From: Guillardia theta CCMP2712
Lineage: Eukaryota; Protista; Cryptophyta
Assembly (NCBI RefSeq): GCF_000315625.1
Contig: NW_005434653.1
Location: 224,578-261,248 of the forward strand
DNA: 36,671 bases
Reading direction: 5' to 3'
The notes under the pieces were generated by a model. It did not search any database, was not told where the DNA came from, and saw only the letters and a list, made by a program, of their open reading frames with translations. Shown one piece after another: positions 19,377 to 30,362 of the stretch (the first letter of the stretch is position 1; every line of letters begins with the position of its first letter). The translations under genes and the position numbers were made by a program.

Positions 19377-21357
19377 AAATGGGATCAAACTGCTGAGATC
19401 TGCATTTCTCGACAGGCCGACGGTACCGAAGGGAACAGCAGCGAACGTAATCAGAGCGACTATCGCCTCCGTGCCAGGGTGGAAGGAAGTGCTGAAGAAT
19501 GTGAGGGAGGGGAGGAAGGAGAGGGGAAGAGACGAGCGTGGGGGAGGACGAGAGAGAGAGAGAGTTGGGGGGACGGCGGTAGGGAAGGAAAGGAGGGAAG
19601 GAATCAAGAAAGGAGTATAATCTTTCGAGGAGAAGTTGGGACAGGGGGGAGGAGAGGGGAGGGGAGGGGCATACGTGTTGCAGAGTAGAGGGTTTTGTCT
19701 TCCGTGCTGACAGCTCTGCCGAAGAACTCGGACGCTAACGGCGTTGTCGCCTTCGTCTGTGGGACCCTCAACTACGCTGACCTGATGAACTCATTCTACT
19801 TTGGCTCCATCCGCCCCAACGGGTCTCCAGCTCCTTCTCCCTGCTCCCTCGAAACCACCGCCTCCACTACCTCCTGCATTCGTCTTCCATCTTCTTTTCC
19901 TCATGCTTACATGCTTCTCCTCCTCCTCTTCCTCCTCCCATGTTCTCCTCATCCTCATCCTCATCCTTGTCCTCATCCTCCTTACCTTCTTCTTCTTCTT
20001 CCACCTCCTCTTCCTTTTCCTCTTCCTTTTCTTCTAACTTCCATGACAGCATTCGCAACTTCATCTTCGTCGCTCTCACCGACGATATGTGCGGCATGCG
20101 CGTCCTCAACCCCGCCGTACCCTGCGTCCAGTACCCCCGCCACTACGGCACCTCCAAGGGCGCAGCTATCAGCTGGGGGACAGCTCGGTTTGCTCAGGTG
20201 GTGCAGGTGAAGACAGACGTTCTGCTGGGGATAGTGCAGGAGGGTTTCACGGGCCTGCTCATGGACGCAGACATCCACCTGTTCCGGAACCCCATGCCCG
20301 AGCTAGCGCAGCTGGCGGAGGAGGAGCGGGCGGACATGGTGATCCAGGACGACATGGAGGGAGGAAGGAACAGCGGCTTCATGTACCTCCGGCCCTCCGA
20401 GGAGGGAGCAGCGTTCGCCGTCCACGTGGTGGGGATGCAGAGGAGGAGCAGGACGCTGCGGCAGCAGGAGGCGGTGAACAGAGCTCTCCGATCCTTCCAC
20501 ATGCGCCATTTTCGTGTCTTCCCCCTCCCGCAGAGCTCCTGGCCATGCGGGGAGGCGTTCTTCAACAAGTTCGCAAGGCGCATCTTTGCGTGGAGCTCAG
20601 CTTGCTCTGACTGCATCATGGTGCACAACAACTGGATCCTGGGGGATGACGCCAAGGAGTACAGGGCAAAGGAGTTCCTCCAGTGGACGGTTGACTCTGC
20701 AGGAGGAGGGAGCATGGAGCAGGGGTACTACACCTCCTCGGAGAACCGGTTCCTCCTCCTCGGGAACCCGGATCCCAACGTTCGTCTCGCTGTGGAGGAG
20801 GCTGCTCTGAAAGCTGCATTCAAGATCGGGAAAGGCATGGCCCTGCCCAGTCCTCCCCTCCTCCCTTCCTCCCCNNNNNNNNNNNNNNNNNNNNNNNNNN
20901 NNNNNNNNNNNNNNNNNNNNNNNNNNNNNNNNNNNNNNNNNNNNNNNNNNNNNNNNNNNNNNNNNNNNNNNNNNAGGAGGAGGAGGAGGAGGAGGCAAGG
21001 GAGAGGAGGAGGAGGAACAGCAGCAGCAGAGGAATGAATTTTGGTAGGGATGGTGAGAAGTGAAAGGAAGTGGAAAGAGGAGGGAGGGTCCATGGGACGG
21101 GTTTTGGGGATCGGGACAAAGGCTGTAAGGGGGAAGAGGAAGGGAGCGAGGGTGCAAGGAAGGGAAGTAACAGAGAGGAGACAGGAGTCGTGTGGAGGGC
21201 AGGAGGAGGGAGCTAGGGCGGGAGGAATGTTCAACTGGTTGACTGCCATGCAGGCTTTCGGTGTCAGGTCTGAACTCCATACAGCCCAGCCCTGAGAGAG
21301 CCTTCTACATCGCAGCAAGATGTGAGGGGGAGGAAGGAGGAGAGCAGGAGCAGGAGC

Positions 21358-21444
<87 letters not shown>

Positions 21445-22407
21445 AGGGGGGAAGAAAGGGTCTTTGACTTGGTTCTATAGTCCAACAAGTTCCCACCTGG
21501 GGAAATAAGTTCCAAGACGAGGTAAACCCATCCAGATTCCTCGCCAGCTGTTCATTCCCCTTCCTCTCTCCTCTTCCTCTGCTCACACCTCTCCGGGCTC
21601 CCCTTGGCTAGGACCCGCTCCCTGCTCCCTCCGCTTCTCAGTCTCCCCTGGTGTCTACCTGCGTGCCCTCTTCACCTCTCCTCCCTCCTCCCTCCCTCCG
21701 TCCTCCTCCCCTCGTCTCCTCCCCTCGTCTCCCTCCCTCGTCTCCTCCCCTCCCCTCCCTCTCCTCTTCTCTCCTCCCCTCCCCTCCCCTCCCCTCCCCT
21801 CCCCTGCTTTACTCGTCCCGCGGTCTCGTCTCCTCCCCTCCTTCCTCTTTTGCCGCCTCTCCTCCTGACCTCCTGCAGGTTCCCGCTCAGAACACCACAG
21901 TCGTGCGAACTTCGATGCAGGGAATCATCACCAAAGAAGAGATCCAGAGGTCAGCAACTTCCCAGCACGATCCCAGCTCGGGTGTGAGTTTCCAGCAGGA
22001 ATTGGGGGAGCTATCCGGACAAGATCCTTCGCTTCCACTCGCTCTATCACGTCACCGTCCTAGATGGTCCTCCTCCTCCTCCTGTTCCTCCTCCGCTTCC
22101 ATCGCCCCCTCCCTTCCCCCAGCTTTCCAAACCCGAAATCCCTTCCCTCCTCCCCTTTCTTATCCCTTCCTCCCCCTATCCCTTGCTCACCCTTCCTCCT
22201 TCTTGCTTTCCCCAACCCCGTCCTCTTTCCTCCGCAACCCTCCTGCTTCCCTCTCTTCCTCCTCCTCCCTCATTCTTGCTGCCCCTCCGCAAGCCTCCTC
22301 TACCACTTTCAAGGACGCGCAGCCTTATGGTGACAACAGGCGACGACTTGGCTTTTGACAAGAAGTGGGTGAAGGCGATGATGCATGCCAGCATCCGTCA
22401 AGTCTAA
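18761..22407 (+). CDS. Nucleotide-diphospho-sugar transferase (GT77-like, Nucleotid_trans family), type II membrane glycosyltransferase
   Basis: N-terminal anchor MKESQLLPPVLITLSYFLFT-VYHVL, a stem, then GVVAFVCGTLNYADLMNSF...IRNFIFVALTD...WGTARFAQVVQVKTDVLLGIVQEGFTGLLMDADIHLFRNP (DxD), RNSGFMYLRPS, QQEAVNRAL, WPCG, MVHNNWILGDDAKEYRAKE..QW. The 3' exons end ASIRQV* at 22407. The gene is interrupted by the N gap. Confidence 0.85.
20875..20974. other. Assembly gap (100 N)
   Basis: Run of 100 n, probably a placeholder length. Confidence 1.
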
Positions 22408-22415
22408 CAAGCACG

Positions 22416-25400
22416 TCAACTGCCAAGTTTGACAAGCACATCAACAGCCTCCAGCAGGGCTCCAGCTAAATCTATCTTGTTCGTATTCATTCAATTCAGC
22501 ATCATGTCTTCGTCAAGCACGTATCCCAGCTCGTCCGTCACCTTCCCCAACGTGGGCACCACCATCTCCCCGTCGCTGCCGTCCTGCATGTGCACTTCGT
22601 CCTCGTGTCTCTTGTTCTTCACCTGCTTGCACGCTTACTCCTCCTTCTTCTCCTCACTCTGACCCACTTCTCCTCTCCCCTTCTTCTCCTCTCCCCTTCT
22701 TCTCCTTGCCCCTTCTTCTCCTTCCTCGTTTTTCCGCTTCACTTCCTCTCCTCTTTCTTCCCACTCCTCATCCTCTTCCTCCCTCCGTCTTTCCTCTACC
22801 CTCCTCCCTCCTCTGTCTTTCCCCTCCCAATCCTGCTCTTTCTTCATCTTACACGTTCATACTCCTTCCATCATCTTCATCTTCATCCCCCTCAACTTCC
22901 TCCATCCCTTCTCACACTGCTCCCGTCCTCCTCCTTCCCGCTCCAGACATCCTACCTGCGTCACCATGCTGTGCCACTGCTCGTAAACCTGGCAGGAAGC
23001 TGCTGCGCTCTCCTGCAGCGCATCGAACGCCCTGCCGATGTCCATGCTGGTCTGCTGCTGCTGGATCTCATGACACGCAAGCATCCTCTCCCAGTCCCGC
23101 AGATGCCTGCGAGGATTTCAGCTCGCCATCAAGACAGTGAGGGAAGGCAGCAAGGAGGGGAGGAGGAAAGAAGAGGGAAGGCGAGAAGGTAGACAGTCGG
23201 AGAAAGGGAGCAAGAGCAAGAGCAGGGGAAGAGACTTCGGCAAGAGCAGGAGAAGAAGCAGGGGCAGGGGCAGGGGCAGGGGCAGGGGCAGGGGCAGGGG
23301 CAGGGGCAGGGGCAGGAAGCAGGGGCAGGAAGCAGGAGCAAGGGCAGGAACCGGAGCTGGTTGGACTCGAGGTCATGATGGTTGGAAGCAGCTTCAATAG
23401 GACCAGGAGGATGTTTGCCGACCCTCTGCTGCCCCGCGAGAGCGTCGGGGAGGTCGGGGAGGGAGGAAAGGGGCTCCTCCTCTCCCTGGTTCGTCTCACA
23501 GCAGTGGAAGGGCTGCGGACCGAGGATGTCCTGGTGATCGGAAGGAGCGAGCAGAGCAGAGATGTCCGCGTCCTCCTGCTATGTGTCAGAAGCAGCAGGT
23601 GAAGAAGAAGGGAAAGGTGGAAGGAAGGTCATAGGGGAGAAGGGTGGTTGAGGGAGGGGATTGTGGGAAGAAAAGCGGAAGTATGATAGGAGTGAATAAA
23701 GACGTGCTTGGAAGGAGAGAAGAGAGAAGGGGTTGTGCTGAGATTAGTGACGATGGAGCGAAGGTGGTCAAGAAGGAGAAAGAGGAGACAGGGGAAGGGA
23801 GGTGGAGACGGGAGAGGGACACATGGGAGAAGACAATATGCTGCGAGAGGAGAGAGGGAAGGGGAGAGAGGAAGGAGGAAGGGGATGCCTGAATCATGTA
23901 GTCGTCGTCCAGGGCATGCGGTGACAGTCTATGGCCTCGCCATGCAGGTGAAGTAAAGGATCCGGCTCAAGATGCTGAAGGAAAGTGAGAAGAGAGCAAA
24001 CAGGAGAGCAGGAGAGCAGGAGAGCAGGACGAGGAGAAGAGAGGAGAAAAGGAGAGGAGAGGAGGAGGAGAGGAGAGGAGAGGAGAGGAGAGGAGAGGAG
24101 AGGAGAGGAGAGGAGAGGAGAGGAGAGGAGAGAGGAGAGCAGCACTTACGTCATGGAGGTTCTGCGCCGTCTGAGAGATCCTCTCGGTGAAGGATTCCCA
24201 GAAGGGATAGAGGCTCCCGGTATGGGAGGAGTGCGAGAGATGAGAGGGATGGGAAGAGTGCGAGCACTGAGCTTTCTCTGTCAGCTGCTGCCACTGCATG
24301 CAGACGTAGTTTGACGTCTCTTGCTGCAGCGCCTTGTCCACAAGGCTGTGCCAGACCGGAGCATGCTCGTCGTCATGCTGCTCGCCCTCTCCAGCTGCTT
24401 CACCCTACAGTCCACGTGCGTGAGGTGAGGGGATGCAGAGGAGGGAGCAGAGGGAAGACGGAAGGAGCTTGAGGACGGGATGTACTTGGAGGAGATGGAA
24501 ACGTAGAAGGAAACGAAGAGGAAGAGAGAAAGACGGGAGAGAGACGGAATAATGTGATGCAAAGATATGGAGCCGGAGATTTGAGGATTGGAGGAGGCTC
24601 TGGGGGCAATCAGCAGCAGGGCGAGCAGGAACACAAGGCGGGGGGAGCGGAGTAGAAGAGAGAAGTTACATGATAGTTGGAGCTGACGATCAGGTCGTGC
24701 CAGTTTGACACCTCCTCTGCAGCACTTGAAGCACCTGCGGACACAACCTGAAGAACCAGAAGGGGTCAAGACCGTGAGAGCCAAGAGGACATGACAAACA
24801 GCTGGGCAAGACAAGCATGAAGAACGAAGGAAGGACCGGGTGGAGGTGACTGAGAAGGAGCAACAGGATGGAAGAACAGGATGTAGGAACACGGAGAAGG
24901 AGGAGGAGGAGGAGGAGGAAACAGGAGCAAGAGAGTCGGTAGAAGGAAACAAGCACAGAACAGCTCCTTCAGCTCAAACTGACGATTCTCCTTCACCTGT
25001 TGGGCTAGATGCTTCCAAGCGTCTTCCCGATTCGCCCCTTCCGGCCCGCAAGGAAACGGCTCTTCCCGCTGCAGCAGAGGACCAGTCAGAGAGTCTGAAG
25101 GCCCACATGGACCGATAGGGAGATCACCGGATGATGAGGAGCCAGATCCTTGGTCAGGAGTGACCCAGCCACATGCTCTTGTGCCGCCTCCTCCTTGACC
25201 CTCGGAGTCCCCTCAAGCAGTCGTGTCAGGCTCGACTGCCTAGCCCGCCCGTTGGAATCCGTCTGTATTAGGTTTAGAGCTGAGAAGAAAGGCAGATGAG
25301 AAAGAAAGAGCGCAAAGGAGAGGGGGGAGAAGAGAAACGTAGAGCAAAGGAGAGAGGAGGACAAAGGAGACGAGAGGAGAGAGAGGAGCAGAGAAAAGAA

Positions 25401-27431
25401 AATGAGATACATCATGATCGTTATAGCAAGGCTTAGTTGAGCTGGCAAGAATCTGGGCCCAAGCTTTCTTCTTCGTGCCCACAGCAGCTGCTCGACGGTC
25501 AGAGGATGAGAGGAGGGAGAGGTATACGCCACCTCGCGCTCCTCGACCAGCTGAGAGCTCGCCCCTCTGATGCATGATAGTCATGGAGAGAGCAGGTGAC
25601 AAGACAAAGAGAGGCGAGGAGAGGAGAGGAGAGGAGAGGAGAGGTGAGGAGAGGTGAGGAGAAAAGGAGAGGTGAGGTGAGGTGAGGTGAGGTGAGGAGG
25701 AAAGGAGGAAAGGAGAGGTGAGGTGAGGAATGCAAAACAGAGCAGAGCAGAGCAGAGCAGAGCAGAGGAGGAGAGGAGAGGAGAGGAGAGGTGAAGAGAG
25801 GACAGGAATGGAGAGGAGACACATAGGGGGGCACAGAGAGGGGGACGGAGGGAGGGGGAAGGGAGCAGGGGGGGGACAAGAGGAGAGAGCGTGAGAGTGG
25901 AGGACAGGAAGGGAGGAAGCAACAGTGGTTGGTGAGAGAGGAGGAGAGGAGCAGGAGATGGAAGGCGATCCAAGTGGGCAGATAGATGATCGTTACCAGG
26001 TCCAGGGCCTTCTCAGCTCGGCTCCTCTTCGTCATCGATTTCCTGCTGGATGTCAGCTCGGCTGGATCGCTCTCCTCCTTCCTCCTCTTACATGGATTGA
26101 CTCTTGCCTATGGAAGCTGGAGTATCCCCAAGGATACAGCGCTCGTCCAAGTAGTGCACGAGCACTTGCCTACCCTGAGAGGGAAGTGAGAACAGAATGG
26201 GGGATGAGGAGGATGGGGATGTATGGCGAGCAAGATAGTGGGAGGAGGCAAGTTGGGACAGAGAGTTGAAGTGCCAAGAAGACACAAAGACAAGAGTGTC
26301 CAACGGAGAGGAAAGCTGGAGAGGAAGGGAGGGGGCAGGGGTGAATGGAGGGGTGAAACAAAGAAGAAAAGAGGATGGGGGGGGGAGGCGAGGGGGGGGG
26401 GGGGGGGAGGAGAGCAGTCAATGAGCGCGAGCAGGCATGCAGATGAGGAGGAAGAAAGAAAACCTCCTCAAAAGGCGAGGAACCCGCAGCCTTCGCATCC
26501 TGCTGAGGGAGGAGCCAATAGATCCGACGATGGAAGGTTGGGATTTCTTTTGAGTGAGCATAGCAGCATGTCAACCTGCACCATCAGCATCACATCGTCA
26601 TATCGCACCAATAAAACTGCCTGTCCCCACATAGACATGAAGAAAAGTCGCAGCCAAGGGGGGAAACATTGTCATCAATGTCACCAAACACCAACACCAA
26701 ACACCGACACTAATACCAACACCAAAAACAACAACACATAAGACAAGCGACGTCTCAGTTTATGCCACACCTCTCCACTCCATCGATCTTTAACTTTTCA
26801 TGATCCTCCCGAACAGCTTTACCGTCCTTCTTCTTCTTCCAATCTGTCAAAACTTCATTAGTTTATCCTCGTACTTCCTACATGAGCTCGAGAAACACCC
26901 TTTCCCAGGCCATCGTGATCGATCTCGTTTACATCAATGATCGACAGGTCCACCCTCCGCCCTCCTTCCCTCCTCGTCTCTCTGCCCCCATCACATACCC
27001 ACAACCTCGTCCCATCTTCCTCCTCCATCGCCTTGGATGGAGAGATTCCTGTACCGCTCCTCCTTCACTCACCATGCTCATCTCGACGGAATCGCTTTAC
27101 AATGTTCTTGTCGTAGAGCACCAACAGTCCACTGCTAGGAGGACAAACAACTTCTTTCGCAAACTCCAGCTCCAACGACTGATGGTTCATCAACACATAG
27201 AGGACTTCGCGGTTCTTCAGCCTGCATGCGACGAGCATGAGTGCGAAGCTTCACCAACAACGCAAGAGGAGGAGATGGGACAGAGACCATCTCTGTCGAG
27301 CCACATCCAGGACATCTTGAGATGTTTGAAACACCCTGAGCACATGGGTAAGAAGAGTCGAGACATCATGAGATTGAAGAGAAAACAAGCGAGAGAAACA
27401 TTTACGTTTCATTCGTTTCGTCTTTGATGCC
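22416..27431 (-). CDS. CG-1 domain (CAMTA-type) DNA-binding protein, multi-exon; start codon not resolved (may extend to about 28070)
   Basis: Exons 27335-27288, 27221-27073, 26843-26771, 26575-~26484 and from 26174 splice to QDVLDVARQRWLKNREVLYVLMNH...PPSSGLLVLYDKNIVKRFRRDEHDWKKKKDGKAVREDHEKLKIDGVERLTCCYAHSKEIPTFHRRIYWLL...QVLVHYLD, a close match to the CG-1 consensus. The 3' exons are less certain. Confidence 0.85.
24040..24140. repeat. (GAGAG)n pentanucleotide microsatellite in intron
   Basis: Visible tandem run. Related runs occur at 14430-14470, 15010-15135 and 25615-25800. Confidence 0.95.
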
Positions 27432-28317
27432 CTGCATGTGCAGTTCGGTTTGGCGTACAGCGAACTTGGTCATTTAGATCTGCACATATTGTGCAGTCCT
27501 TTGACGCAACCCAGGGCCCGACTAGGTTGACCTAGCGCATGCATGAAAACAAGAAACAACATTTTGGGCGGAAGATGTAACACAGCAGGGCAGAAGCAAT
27601 GAGAAGTGAGATTCAGACCAAACACATGAGATAAGGTAAAGCACACAGATTTGAAACTGCGCGAGCTAAGTCATGGTCTCAGTTGTTGCAGAGCAATCTA
27701 ATCAGTAACCAACGATTCGCATTTTCCATCACATGGCGGATTTTACATCCAAAGTGTCTGCCGATTAATTTGAGCATGTTGAAGCATCATGAATCACATA
27801 ACTAAGAATGCAAGCTTTGTTGAGCACCGAGCAGATACAACAACAAGGCAAAGGAAAGTGATGATGGGTGCCTGTCTGATTTGGCGAATTTCCTCTGCCC
27901 CCTCCTTCCAATTGATAAAGGAAGGCGCTTGCTAACAAGAGCCACTTCTCTCCCGCTGTTTCCCTCTTCTCATCTCGTCCTCTGTCTCATCGTTGTCATC
28001 TCTTCCTCCTCCTCCTCCTCCTCCTCCTTCTCCTCCCCTCCCCATCTTCCTACTCTGGTCCATTTCCCGCCATCTTGACCGCCAGCCCCACCACCCCTAC
28101 CCCATCACCCCTCTACCCCCTCTCATACGTGTTAGAATGGGGGTGGTGGAACCTACAGCGACTCTCGTGGGGCAGAACCTTCCAGCTAGCCCCACTAGTA
28201 TTCTTAGTTACAATTTCACAATTTCTTCAATTTTGTTGATTATATTTCAAAAATAAAGATAGTATATGAAAAAATTGGGAAATATAAAAGTCATTTAGCT
28301 GCAGTCCGTTAATTGTC

Positions 28318-29965
28318 ATGGTGCGGAGAAAGGAGGAAGAGGCGAATACGAAAGAGGTAAGGTAGGAAGCAGGAAGCAGGAAGCAGGAAGCAGAGACTGA
28401 ATGAGATGGAATGAAGTCGAGTCAAAGGAAACGAAGAGGTCAGGCTGGCAAGTGAACTCTCCGAACGTAAGAGTTTCATAACAGTAATCAGTCACCCTCA
28501 CTGGCTCAGCTTTCCTCGACCATGAAGTCAGCAAACAGAATGATAGAACGAGCATACGACAAGGAGCACGTTGAGAAGTCGCTGTACGGGAACACTTTCG
28601 TCGTCTCCAAGCTGTACGATCGAGGAGCAGCATGGATCACGGTTCGAGACAGCATCGCCGTGCGAGGTCAGGGAGGTTCCGTTGGGTCCTCGCTGACCTG
28701 CATGCAGGGAGGGAGACGAAGCCGAGCTCTGCGCTGCGAAGCATCTCTCGCTCATGGAACATGCAGCATGCTGTCCTCCAAGACGACAGGCCTCCTGGGT
28801 ATGAGGGGGGAGGCGACCAGGCAGGAAGGCCCTCAGCATGGAGGTCAAAGGAGACGAAAACAACGCACAAGCCCAGCACCAGCACCAGCAGTCGGAGAGG
28901 AGAAGAGCGAGAAGCCGGTAGGGTGTTGGCATCGAGGACGAGGAGGGTAGCAAGTGGAGTACGAGCCAGTCAACCATCCCCTCTGCGGTATCCCCTACAC
29001 TCCATCCACTCCCTCTCTGCCTCCTCCTCTCCCTCTCTTCCCCCCTTCCCTCTCTCCCTTGCATGCAAGTGATCAAGTCTCAGCCCGTCAGTACCTTCAG
29101 CCATCTTCATCCCCTTCATAGATCTCGCAGACAGCGGCAAGCATGTCGACCCAACGACAAGGCTCCACCTCCGCAAACTCCCCACGGCAGGGAACATGAG
29201 GTAAGATATCCAGTACAGCACCGTCAGCTCCAGTCTCTGCTGGAGCCAGCAGCCCATAACTGACACGCTGCAGGAACCTGTTGAGGAGCAGTGAGACGTT
29301 GAGGAAACACGAGGCCCTTGTGGACGAGTGGCATCCCAGGTTGAGCCTGCTGCGAGATGCTCCTTGGAGAGTTGAGATGATCTCGCAGGGCACACCGTGA
29401 AGAAGCTTCTTCTCCCTCCTCTCCTAACTCTCTTTACTCTCCCGCTACATCGTATCCCTCGATCTTGAGGACCAGGCCGTCTTTAAGAGAAGGCAATGCA
29501 TTGATTGCGAGGGGGGCGTTGAAGACCAGCGAAGAGACGCTCATGTTGAGGAGCCCAAGAGAGGAGGGGACGGAGGAGGGGACGGAGGAGGGGAAGGAGG
29601 AGCAGGAGGAGCAGGAGGAGGAGGAGGAGGTCCGATCGAGTGAAATACAGGTCCTGGTCCCCTCCGTCATCAGCAAGAGCGATGACAAGGAGCTCAAGAA
29701 CAGCCATAGGATGAAAAGCGACCTGCGTATTGCGTGGGGATTGGATGAGCAGGAGGAAGAGAGGAAGGAGGAGCAGGAGGAGGAGCAGGGGGTGGATGAG
29801 CAGGAGGAGGAGGAGGAGGAGGAGGAGCAGGAAAGGATGAAGGATACAAGAGCTGCTTCCATTGCGCTGAGGAGGTTTGGTCAGAAGCTGCTCAAGGAAG
29901 GGAACTTCCAAGCTTCTCGAGAGATCCTGTACCGCAGCACCTCAATGCTGCGAGAGGAAAGATGA
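28318..29965 (+). CDS. Hypothetical protein, multi-exon, Glu-rich C-terminal half
   Basis: ATG at 28318 gives MVRRKEEEANTKE|gtaag. Later exons read LSSTMKSANRMIERAYDKEHVEKSLYGNTFVVSKLYDRGAAW and NLLRSSETLRKHEALVDEWHPRLSLLRDAPW, with a last exon ending RRFGQKLLKEGNFQASREILYRSTSMLREER*. No domain recognised. Confidence 0.6.
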
Positions 29966-30362
29966 GAGGTGTCAGTTGTGGAGGAGCAAGAGCAGGGGGA
30001 GGAAGGGGAGGAGGAGGTGGAGGAACATGGCTCGAAGGAGGTATGTGGTACAAACATACGAGCCTGTAGGGGGATGAGGAGATGGGTAAAGGATTACATG
30101 AGTTTTGCCTGTTTACAATCGATGAGACAACAGAATAGAGATAAATGTAACAAGCGTGCGCATCTTCCACCCCACGATGCTTCACAGCAAACTGAATTCA
30201 CAATTTGACATGTCTGCCTTGACAAGTGTGTATAGCACAAAGGAGATGAGCCTATCTCACAGGTTGGGACGTTTGTTGGACCTCAAGCGCGAGGCGTACA
30301 CTCTCACACGTGAGGACATGGCGAGGACGGTCAGTCGAGGCAACGAGAAACTTTCACGCCCG

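Noticed and set aside
26882-27427. 181-aa plus-strand ORF
   Set aside because: It is antisense to clear CG-1 domain exons.
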